From Tolypothrix carrinoi HA7290-LM1 (GTDB lineage: Bacteria > Cyanobacteriota > Cyanobacteriia > Cyanobacteriales > Nostocaceae): a stretch of DNA of 64,000 nucleotides. Within the stretch, counting starts at the first letter, position 1; every line of letters starts with the position of its first letter. Positions 19,901 through 27,918 of the stretch are shown here, one piece after another. The DNA is taken from the NCBI GenBank assembly GCA_019358935.1, contig JAHHIK010000029.1, forward strand, positions 1-64,000, in the 5' to 3' direction. Position numbers and translations under genes: made by a program. The notes under the pieces are model-generated. The model was given only the letters and a program-made list of their open reading frames with translations. It did no database searches and was not told the DNA's origin.

Positions 19901-21617
19901 CGCAAGTATCTACGTGTTTTTTAAACGTCGGTTCTACTTCATATAGTTCCCGACCCATGTTTGCATATTGTGACCCTTGTCCTGAAAACATGAAGATGAC
20001 TGGACAATGACTTGGCTCATAGTGGTGACTAAAAATGCGTTGTGGGTCTTTGCCGTTAAGCGATTTCACCGTATCATCTAGGTCGTGGCAAATCATGATG
20101 CGGCGATAGTCAAAAGCTCGACGACCTACTTGTAGGGTGTAAGAGACATCTGGTAGGGGAATATCGGGGTTTTGCTCTAAATAATCACACAGTTGTGCTG
20201 TCGCAGTGTCTAAAGCCGTGCTGGTTTTGGCTGAGAGCAGTAACAATTGCCAAGGACGGGAGGGACTGGAAGCTTCAATCACTGGAGCTTCTTCCAAAAT
20301 AACATGAGCATTAGTCCCGCCAATCGCTAAAGAACTTACACCTGCTCTGCGTGGTGTTCCGTTGGTTTCCCACTCTGATAATTTGGTATTGACGTAAAAG
20401 GGGCTATTGGCAAAGTCTATCTGTGGATTTGGCTCCTGAAAGTGCAAACTAGGAGGTATTTGTTTATGTTTTAGTGCAAGGACTGTTTTTATGAATCCTG
20501 TCACACCTGCTGCTATATTCAGATGCCCGACATTGGTCTTTACTGAACCAATAGCACAAAAGCCTTTTTTATTTGTGCTACCACCAAAAGCTTGTGTGAG
20601 AGCCTTGATTTCAATCGGGTCTCCCAAGATGGTTCCTGTACCGTGTGCTTCTACATAAGTAACAGTCTCAGGTTCGACTTCAGCTAAGGCTAAAGCTTCT
20701 AAAATTACATCCCTTTGACCCTCAATACTAGGGGCTGTATATCCAATCTTTAAAGAACCATCGTTATTAACAGCTGAACCCTTGATTACTGCATGGATAA
20801 AGTCACCATCAGCAATGGCATCCTCTAATCTTTTCAAGACAACTATACCTAAACCATTACCGCCATTAGTTCCTTTAGCTTTTGCATCAAAAGCTCGACA
20901 ATGACCGTCAGGAGAATGAATTCCTCCTTGTTGATAGTGATAACCTATTTTTTGCACCGTTGTAGTGGAAACACCGCCTGCTAAAGCAATATCACTTTCA
21001 CCATTTAGTAAACTTTGGCAGGCTAGGTGGATAGCAACTAATGATGTGGAACAAGCAGTTTGAATATTGATACTTGGTCCTCTCAAGTTCAATTTGTAAG
21101 AAATTTGCGTGGGCAAGAAATCCTTTTCGTTTCTATGCAAAATTTGGTAGCTGTCTACTGATTCCATCAAATCTCGATTGGAATATAAGTTTAAAAGTAG
21201 GTACATATTTGGAGATGCACCAGCGAAAAGACTTATTTGACCGCTATAAGTTTCAGAGTTGTAGCCAGCATTTTCTAAAGCTTCCCAAACACATTCCATG
21301 AAAAGGCGGTGTTGTGGATCTGTAATTTCAGCTTCTCTAGGTGAAAAGCCAAAAAATGAAGCGTCGAATAACTCTATATCTTCTAATACACCGCTTGCCT
21401 TCACGTAATTGGGATCGTTGAGCAATGATGGATCTACCCCACTAGATATTAGTTCCTCATCCGTGAAAAAAGAAATTGACTCTACACCATCCCGCAAGTT
21501 TTGCCAAAAACTATCAATGTTTTTTGAACCAGGAAAACGCCCTGCCATACCAATAATAGCTATTTCATCTTCGCCAATTAAGTTCTCAGATTGATTTAAT
21601 GTATTCATTTCTCTCAT
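16938..21617 (-). CDS. Type I PKS KS-AT(malonyl)-KR-ACP
   Basis: KS TACSTS; AT GHSIG and HAFH; KR TGGLGGIG, AKVKG and YCGAN; ACP GGDSL. Confidence 0.95.
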   Translation of the reverse strand: MREMNTLNQSENLIGEDEIAIIGMAGRFPGSKNIDSFWQNLRDGVESISFFTDEELISSGVDPSLLNDPNYVKASGVLEDIELFDASFFGFSPREAEITDPQHRLFMECVWEALENAGYNSETYSGQISLFAGASPNMYLLLNLYSNRDLMESVDSYQILHRNEKDFLPTQISYKLNLRGPSINIQTACSTSLVAIHLACQSLLNGESDIALAGGVSTTTVQKIGYHYQQGGIHSPDGHCRAFDAKAKGTNGGNGLGIVVLKRLEDAIADGDFIHAVIKGSAVNNDGSLKIGYTAPSIEGQRDVILEALALAEVEPETVTYVEAHGTGTILGDPIEIKALTQAFGGSTNKKGFCAIGSVKTNVGHLNIAAGVTGFIKTVLALKHKQIPPSLHFQEPNPQIDFANSPFYVNTKLSEWETNGTPRRAGVSSLAIGGTNAHVILEEAPVIEASSPSRPWQLLLLSAKTSTALDTATAQLCDYLEQNPDIPLPDVSYTLQVGRRAFDYRRIMICHDLDDTVKSLNGKDPQRIFSHHYEPSHCPVIFMFSGQGSQYANMGRELYEVEPTFKKHVDTCALILQPHLGLDIRSLLYPNEQDTETVSKQLQQTALTQSALFVTEYALAQLLMSWGIRPEAMIGHSIGEYVAATIAGVFSLEDAVFIVAKRGQLMQQVPTGSMLAIRLPEKDVQLLLSAQTLYKKYLQIAVINSPSSCVVSGTDEAIAILKNQLSSQQVECQLLHTSHAFHSQMMEPILSAFIEAIKTVKLNPPRIRFISNVTGSWITDEQATNPNYWSQHLRETVRFSNGISQLLRQFEGIFLEVGPGRTLSTLTTQHLDKNTKQQVLTSLRHVKEQQSDVSFLLQILGRLWLNGVEIDWSGFYTHEQRHRLPLPTYPFERQRYWIEPNKQGQGDRHTSISLGKKPDIADWFYIPFWKPSLPPVQLEHQELASQKSCTLVFIDECGLGSKLVKQLETQNQDIITVKVGENFTLLNESQYTINPEKNHDYDLLMQELLKQKKLPKTIVHLWSVTPSSDQELEIEQVDKAQTTGFYSLLFIAQALGRQETTDEVEITVISNDLQSVSGTEMLCPEKATLLGPIKVISQEYSNINCRSIDVILPEHGSWQEETLVEKILAELTVSDSEKLIAYRGLNRWVQSFEPVRFDKAKIEKPRLKEKGVYLITGGLGGIGLVLAEYLARTVQAKLVLIGRSALPKKNEWEQWLTTHDETDSTSCKIRKVQELENLGAEVLMMSADVSNIEQMQSAVAQAQQQFGQLNGVIHAAGVSGGGIIQGKTQAEAESILAAKVKGTIVINAIVKDIQLDFLILASSKSSILGEFGQVDYCGANAFLDAFAHCNASKQGRFTTSINWDTWQEIGMAANTELPQRLQQLRIENLQQGILPNEGVDAFLRILGNTIPQVVVSTSDFLNTLKKDNSYKETQVLEFLETVNPSYSKYPRPELSNDYVAPRNEIEQKIANIWQDVLGIELIGIYDNFFEVGGDSLIGIQVIAILNKGFNSKISVAKLYECPNISSMAKIFTPEESQENAFEQRLSRGQRRRQIKMQSN
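18922..20002. repeat. Duplicated AT-domain region, copy 2
   Basis: Highly similar to 14221-15300, while the flanking KS and KR regions diverge. Confidence 0.85.
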
Positions 21618-21661
21618 CTTACTTTATTAAACAGCAACGTCATAAAATATTTTATTTTAAA

Positions 21662-23404
21662 TTATATCAAAGATGAAATTAATATTTTGGCAGCTATCTG
21701 GATTTGCTCATTTAAAACTGTTTTAATATCTTCTTCTGTTGTTAACGGATTGGCAATGACTGCACGCATAGCAACTATAGGACTTTCGCTGCCAAACTTG
21801 ATATCTTTTTTTGTCGTTCGCGAAATAAAAGTATGACCAATTTGACGCTGATTTTTTTGTAAACATTCATTAAATATATTGATGATTTGATTATCTATCT
21901 CTGTCAATTTATTTTGAGCAAACTCCCCTCTAAATTGTTTTGGAATATAGCGATAAGTTAACAGATTAGTATCAGGTTCTGCCAGCAATTCAAATTCAGG
22001 CATAGCCGAAATACAAGCAGCCATGTATTGAGTTTTTCGGATTCCTTCATTAATCAAAAACTCATATCCCTTAACTCCAATCAGCTTTAAACCGGCGTGT
22101 AAAAATAAAGCCATGCCTGGTCGAGAACCTTCTAAAGCACGTTTACCTAAATCAAACGACCCCTTACGCATGGTATAGCTAGCCTGTTTTTCGATCGCCC
22201 CAGCCAGATGTGGATCGCGGAAAAAAACCATACCAATACCCATTGGTAGATATAGTTGTTTATGTCCATCAATAGTGACTGAATCAGCTCTTTCTATACC
22301 AGCAAGCTTATGCCGATATTGCTCAGAAAAAATCAGTGGACCACCCCAAGCAGCATCTACATGAAAATGAGCATTAGCTTCCTGTGCAATTTCTGCGATA
22401 TCTGTAAGGGAATCAACTCCACCTGAGTCTGTTGTACCAGCAACTCCCACAATTGCAATAATCAGCAAGTTTTTGGCACGACAATTTATAACAGTTTGGC
22501 GCAGTGCTTGTATATCAACTCGATTATTACAGTCAGTAGGGATTTTGATCAAACTATGGGTACCAATGCCCATTAAATCCGCAGCTTTATCAAAAGAGAA
22601 ATGCATCAAGTCAGAACCAATAATTACTGCTCCTTTATAGCCATAGAAATTTAGAGCAGCTGTTAAACCTTCTTTTTCTACACCAAGAAATCCATCTTTC
22701 GGTTTTAGTAAAGCATTTCGCGCGCACCAAACTGCTGTGATATTTGCCACTGTTCCACCAGAAACCAAGATTCCAAGTGTACTCAAATTGTTTTGAATAT
22801 GTTGAGTGTAAAAACCATCAGAGAAATTATAAATTTGTCGATGCAACATAGCCAAAGCTTCACGTTCACAAAAGCTTAGGGCTTTAGCTGTCTCTATTTT
22901 GACGGCGTTTTGGTTCATTGCCGTCATTAGTTTAGCCAAAGGGCGTACAAAACTAGGAAGTGCCGAGGTCATGTGACCTATAAATCGTGGCGAAGATGTA
23001 TGTATTGAATGAGCAACAACATTGTTGCCTATGTATTTGAGATAGTTCTCAAAATTAGTCGGCTGAACAGGAATTTTACTATCAGAAAATTTTTCTAATA
23101 GTGACTCTAAATCAATGTTGGTATTAGAATCGATTGTGGTTAAAAAATCTTGCGATAAGCTATCAGTTATTTCATCAATTCGTTTCTCAATGGAGGTTGC
23201 TTGATTGCATGAAGTAAACAATTGCATTACTTGTTCTTCTATCTCATTATCTAATGTTTGCTCAGATTCCAAAAAAGAATTTTTGTTTAGCATTTCTTGT
23301 TTGCTTGATGTCATATTGTGTTGGTGACCATATTTTTTTACTTCATTTTTGCAGGAAGAATGTTTTGCCTGCTTTTTTCTAAAATCTTCGATTCTATAGG
23401 TCAT
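21662..23404 (-). CDS. panP: PLP-dependent aspartate 1-decarboxylase (PanP-type, group II decarboxylase); beta-alanine supply
   Basis: HTSSPRFIGHMTSALP, HVDAAWGG and DSVTIDGHKQLY (PLP lysine). Co-located with a beta-Ala-type A domain. Confidence 0.8.
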   Translation of the reverse strand: MTYRIEDFRKKQAKHSSCKNEVKKYGHQHNMTSSKQEMLNKNSFLESEQTLDNEIEEQVMQLFTSCNQATSIEKRIDEITDSLSQDFLTTIDSNTNIDLESLLEKFSDSKIPVQPTNFENYLKYIGNNVVAHSIHTSSPRFIGHMTSALPSFVRPLAKLMTAMNQNAVKIETAKALSFCEREALAMLHRQIYNFSDGFYTQHIQNNLSTLGILVSGGTVANITAVWCARNALLKPKDGFLGVEKEGLTAALNFYGYKGAVIIGSDLMHFSFDKAADLMGIGTHSLIKIPTDCNNRVDIQALRQTVINCRAKNLLIIAIVGVAGTTDSGGVDSLTDIAEIAQEANAHFHVDAAWGGPLIFSEQYRHKLAGIERADSVTIDGHKQLYLPMGIGMVFFRDPHLAGAIEKQASYTMRKGSFDLGKRALEGSRPGMALFLHAGLKLIGVKGYEFLINEGIRKTQYMAACISAMPEFELLAEPDTNLLTYRYIPKQFRGEFAQNKLTEIDNQIINIFNECLQKNQRQIGHTFISRTTKKDIKFGSESPIVAMRAVIANPLTTEEDIKTVLNEQIQIAAKILISSLI

Positions 23405-23449
23405 TAATGTTCCAGCGATCGCCCTTCTTCTTCAATCGCCTTGTTTAGA

Positions 23450-26400
23450 CTAAAAATCTTGTTGCTTTGTTGCTGTTCGGCGCTCTTTCCTAACTTGTTT
23501 TCGCCTCTGTACTGAAGCTGTTCTGCTCTCCGAGTGATGAGCCGGTCGTAAAACAGATGTTTCTTCACTAGATTCCTGACTAAAATATTTAACCAAGTGA
23601 CTTATAGTCGGATATTGAAACATCTCAACCAAGGTGAAATCTCGCTGAAATACTTTTTGCAACTTGCTAGGAACTTGAATTAAGAGCAATGAATTACCAC
23701 CAAGTTCAAAGAAATTGTCATGGATTCCCACTCTTTCTACCTGAAGTAATTCTTGCCAAATAGATGCAATCACTTTTTCAACTTCGGTCTTCGGCGCCAC
23801 ATAGGATACCTCTAATTCTGGTCTTGAAGCCTCTGGTGCAGGTAATGCGTTGCGGTCTATTTTGCCGTTGGGTGTTAGAGGTAGGGCGTTCAGCATTACA
23901 AAGGTTGAGGGTACCATGTATTCAGGTAATCTTTCTTTGATAAACGCTCGTAAGTCGCCGATCGAAAGGGTGGGTTTGTTTGCTATTATTTCGTCAGCCA
24001 GTAGGCGCGTTTTTTCTGCGGGTGTGACTTGGGAATGCAGTGTTCCTTCTTTTTGTTGTGTCGGAACAACATAGGCTACTAGGCGTTTGTCTCCTGGTTG
24101 TTCCTCTCGTGCGACAACGACAGCCTCCACTATTCCCGGATGTTGACTCAAGATAGTTTCTATCTCACTTAACTCGATCCGATATCCCTGGAATTTCACT
24201 TGATGATCTACACGACCCAGAAACTCAATGTTACCGTTGGGTAGATAGTGTGCTAAGTCTCCAGTTTTATACAATTTGTTGTTTGGGTTTGTCCCAAAGG
24301 GATTGGAGATGAAACGCTCTATGGTTAACTCTGGTTGGTTTAAGTAGCCACGCACCACGCCTTCGCCGCCAATGTAGAGTTCACCAGGAATACCAACAGG
24401 TACTGGTTGTAGATGGCGATCAAGAATGTAAATTTCTGTGTTGGCAATGGGGCGTCCGATTGGTATTGTATTGCCGACTTCTTGCAGGGGATAGCTTGTA
24501 GACCAAATAGTCGTCTCGGTGGGACCATACATATTATAAATTTCTGCTGACAGTTGAGTCCGCAACTGTTCTGCTAGAGAAATGGGTAATGCCTCACCAC
24601 CAAGCATCAATTTGCGGAGTGAACCCATCGCACTCAGCGCCTTATTATCCTGAATTAATATTCTTGCTAGAGACGGAGTGCATTGCAGATGTGTCACATT
24701 GTGCCTTGCAATTTGAGCAGGTAGGGAATAGTCAGTGTCATCTTTGTCTGTTTTTTTGTTGCTCAATTCTCTGACTGTATTCAGGTGATGCAAACTAGAC
24801 AACACCGATTCCACATCCACACCAAAATCGATCAGACATGCAACCTCATCCACCCCGATCGCCTTGAGTCGGTTAATCATCCGCAAGCAAGTGCTGGGTG
24901 TGCCTAACAAACTGCTCGTTTCAAAGTAGCGATTAAAGGCGTAATTCAGCAGTTGCTCTTCTTCTTGTGCGGTAAAGTTCTCTGCATTAATATCGTGACC
25001 TAAGCTTTTTCCTAAGTTATTCAACAGACTCAGAGAACTCTTCAAGTACTGGTAGAAAGGTTGCCGCACCTTTTCTCGCACAACATCAATGTTCTCACCC
25101 ACAAAGGTGTGAATCATCAGCGTGACGTGACCTGCTCCCAGTCCATGTCCGTGTTCATGCCAGGATTGGCGATAAATCGCAATTTTTTCCTCTAGTTCCT
25201 CTAGATTTTGATCGAGTAAATGGGTAAGCAAGTTGGCACCAATTTCACCCGCCCGACGAAAAGTTTCCGGACTACCAGCTGCTGTAACCCAAATCGGCAC
25301 TTCCGGCTGAATCGGTTGGGGATGAATCTTCACTTCTACTTCATTGCCGCTACCTGCTGGCAGGGTTATCGATTCTCCGCGCCAAAGTTGGCGGACAGTT
25401 TCGATGTCACGAAACATGATTTGGAAGCGATCGCTATACTTCTCTGGTGCTAAGACAAAATCATTGGCGTGCCAACCGGAAGCAAAGGAGATACCAACCC
25501 TGCCTCGGGAAAGGTTATCAACTACAGACCATTCTTCAACAACTCGGATCGGGTTTTGTAAGGGTAAAACAATACTACCAGCACGAATTTGAATTCGCTC
25601 TGTAATTGTGGCGATCGCTGCACTGACAACGGAGGGATTTGGGTATAGACCGCCAAATGCATGGAAGTGTCGCTCTGGAGTCCAGATTGCCGCAAAGGCG
25701 TGTTTGTCGGCAAACTTAGCACCCTCAAGTAGTAACTGATACTTATCTGTGCCTGCCTCTACCTCGTCACTAGCAAAATAGAAAAGGCTAAATGCCATTT
25801 CTTTATCTGTGATTTTTTGGTCTACTTCAGTAGCAAAAGTAGTAGGTCTTGAATCACCATTAATCACAACTTGAAAACCGCGTGTCAGCGTCCACAGCAA
25901 CTCTAACACTGAGATATCAAAGGAAATGCTGGTAACTGCTAGCCAAGTCCCTGGATGATCGTTGCCAATACTACCGTCCATTCCTGTAAAGAAATTGACA
26001 ACGTTGCGATGACTGACCATCACTCCCTTTGGCTTACCTGTGGAGCCAGAAGTGTAGATTGTATATGCTAAGTTATCCGGCGAGAAGGCTGTTGGGGGAT
26101 TCTGGTCACTTGCGCTTTGAATTATCTGCCAATCTCTATTTAGGCAAACCAGCGAGGCGCTGGAATTTGGAAGTTTTTCCAGCAATTGTTGTTGAGTCAG
26201 CAGTATTGGCACTTGAGCATCTGCCAACATAAAAGTTAGGCGTTCCTGCGGGTATGCTGGGTCTAGCGGTACATAAGCACCACCAGCTTTGAGGATGGCT
26301 AATAGTCCGATGATCATATCGAGCGATCGCTCTACACAAATCCCGACTAATACTTCTGATTTTACTCCCAATGAACGCAAGTAATGCGCCAATTGGTTAG

Positions 26401-27901
26401 CTTTCGTGTTTAGTTCGCAGTAAGTTAACTGCTCATCTTTAAACACCACTGCTACTGCATTAGGTGTGCGTTCTACTTGCGCTTCAAATAATTGATGAAT
26501 GCACTGTTCTTGAGGATACTCAACTTCTGTATCATTCCATTCCAGCAGCAATTGATATTTTTCTTGTGCAGTCAGTAACGACAAATCTCGAAGTTGTTGT
26601 TCGGGATTAGCAACTATACTTTCTAGCAAAGTCTTTAAATGCCTTAATATCCGATTAATCGTCGCACTATCAAAACGACGGGTATCATACGCAATCGACA
26701 GTAATAAATCTGAACTAGGATATACCTGTAGGGTAAGAGGATAATTCGTCTTTTCAAATATCCGAGCTTCACCTATTACCATGCTTTGAGCTAGCTTTTC
26801 TTTAGTATCATCTACTAAATAGTTATTAAAAACTAGAAGACTCTCAAATAGTGGCAAGCCACGAGGAATTTGACTCCATTGTTGAATCTGTATGAGTGGA
26901 CTATACTCGTACTGACGCATTTCCACTTCTTGAATTTGAAGCTTTTTCAACCAAGGTATAAGCAAATCATCAGAAGGGACTTGTACCCGTAGCGGCAATG
27001 TGTTGGCGAAAAGTCCCATCATGGACTCTGCTTCTGCTAATTCAGTCGGTCGGCCTGAAGATGTAGCTCCAAAAACTATATCTAACTCACCACTATAGTG
27101 ACTTAAAAGTATAGCCCAGGCTCCCTTGAGTAGAATATTTAGGGTAAGGTGATACTTTCGCGTCAGGGAATTTAAGGCATCTGTCGTTGTTACCGAGAGT
27201 AAGGTTTGTTGACAATCATGGTCTTCGTCTTCGCTAGAGAAACTACCAGCAGCTTTGTCGATCATTAGTGGTGTCGGTACTGTAAATCCTCTAAGCATCT
27301 CACGCCAGTAAATTTCAGCCTTTGATATATCTTGCTGCTGTAGCCAAGAAATATATTCTTTAAAGGGACGAGGGTATTCCAGATGTAAATCCTGACCTTT
27401 ACAAAAGGCATTATAGAATTCATAAAATTCTTTCCATAGCCATGTTAAAGACCACCCTTCCATCAATATATGGTGATAGCTGAAGACAAATTGATAAGTG
27501 CTATCAGCCACCTGAATTAATGCCAGACGGATGAGTGGAACCTGGGAAAGTGTAAAGCCTTGTTTGCGATCTGCTGCTAAAAAGACTTCTAACTGCTTTT
27601 CTGTTTCCTCCAAAGACATCTGACGCCAGTCTTGAAAATCCCAAGGCAAATCTACTTGTCGATACACCACTTGATATGGCTTATCAAGATTTTCCCAGTA
27701 GAAGGAAGTACGCAAAATCGGATGCCGATCTAAAACTCGCTGCCATGCTTTCTGGAAAGCTGGAACATCAACTTGAGTTTGCAAGGCGTAGCAAAACTGC
27801 TCAAAGTACATCCCCGAATTAGGTGTAACCAGCGTGTGAAAAAGCATACCCTGCTGTAAGGGTGAAAGTTCGTATATATCTTCAATATTATTTTGGTTCA
27901 T
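23450..27901 (-). CDS. NRPS C(DCL-like)-A(Gly, interrupted by a luciferase-like monooxygenase)-PCP
   Basis: IEDIYELSPLQQG N-terminus and HHILMEG. Code is about DILQMGMIWK. LLM insert FSLFYF...WTPERHFHAFGGLYPNPSV...GVDEVACLIDFG lies between A4 and A5. PCP reads GGNSL. Confidence 0.93.
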   Translation of the reverse strand: MNQNNIEDIYELSPLQQGMLFHTLVTPNSGMYFEQFCYALQTQVDVPAFQKAWQRVLDRHPILRTSFYWENLDKPYQVVYRQVDLPWDFQDWRQMSLEETEKQLEVFLAADRKQGFTLSQVPLIRLALIQVADSTYQFVFSYHHILMEGWSLTWLWKEFYEFYNAFCKGQDLHLEYPRPFKEYISWLQQQDISKAEIYWREMLRGFTVPTPLMIDKAAGSFSSEDEDHDCQQTLLSVTTTDALNSLTRKYHLTLNILLKGAWAILLSHYSGELDIVFGATSSGRPTELAEAESMMGLFANTLPLRVQVPSDDLLIPWLKKLQIQEVEMRQYEYSPLIQIQQWSQIPRGLPLFESLLVFNNYLVDDTKEKLAQSMVIGEARIFEKTNYPLTLQVYPSSDLLLSIAYDTRRFDSATINRILRHLKTLLESIVANPEQQLRDLSLLTAQEKYQLLLEWNDTEVEYPQEQCIHQLFEAQVERTPNAVAVVFKDEQLTYCELNTKANQLAHYLRSLGVKSEVLVGICVERSLDMIIGLLAILKAGGAYVPLDPAYPQERLTFMLADAQVPILLTQQQLLEKLPNSSASLVCLNRDWQIIQSASDQNPPTAFSPDNLAYTIYTSGSTGKPKGVMVSHRNVVNFFTGMDGSIGNDHPGTWLAVTSISFDISVLELLWTLTRGFQVVINGDSRPTTFATEVDQKITDKEMAFSLFYFASDEVEAGTDKYQLLLEGAKFADKHAFAAIWTPERHFHAFGGLYPNPSVVSAAIATITERIQIRAGSIVLPLQNPIRVVEEWSVVDNLSRGRVGISFASGWHANDFVLAPEKYSDRFQIMFRDIETVRQLWRGESITLPAGSGNEVEVKIHPQPIQPEVPIWVTAAGSPETFRRAGEIGANLLTHLLDQNLEELEEKIAIYRQSWHEHGHGLGAGHVTLMIHTFVGENIDVVREKVRQPFYQYLKSSLSLLNNLGKSLGHDINAENFTAQEEEQLLNYAFNRYFETSSLLGTPSTCLRMINRLKAIGVDEVACLIDFGVDVESVLSSLHHLNTVRELSNKKTDKDDTDYSLPAQIARHNVTHLQCTPSLARILIQDNKALSAMGSLRKLMLGGEALPISLAEQLRTQLSAEIYNMYGPTETTIWSTSYPLQEVGNTIPIGRPIANTEIYILDRHLQPVPVGIPGELYIGGEGVVRGYLNQPELTIERFISNPFGTNPNNKLYKTGDLAHYLPNGNIEFLGRVDHQVKFQGYRIELSEIETILSQHPGIVEAVVVAREEQPGDKRLVAYVVPTQQKEGTLHSQVTPAEKTRLLADEIIANKPTLSIGDLRAFIKERLPEYMVPSTFVMLNALPLTPNGKIDRNALPAPEASRPELEVSYVAPKTEVEKVIASIWQELLQVERVGIHDNFFELGGNSLLLIQVPSKLQKVFQRDFTLVEMFQYPTISHLVKYFSQESSEETSVLRPAHHSESRTASVQRRKQVRKERRTATKQQDF

Positions 27902-27918
27902 AGAAAATTTCTCCTATA

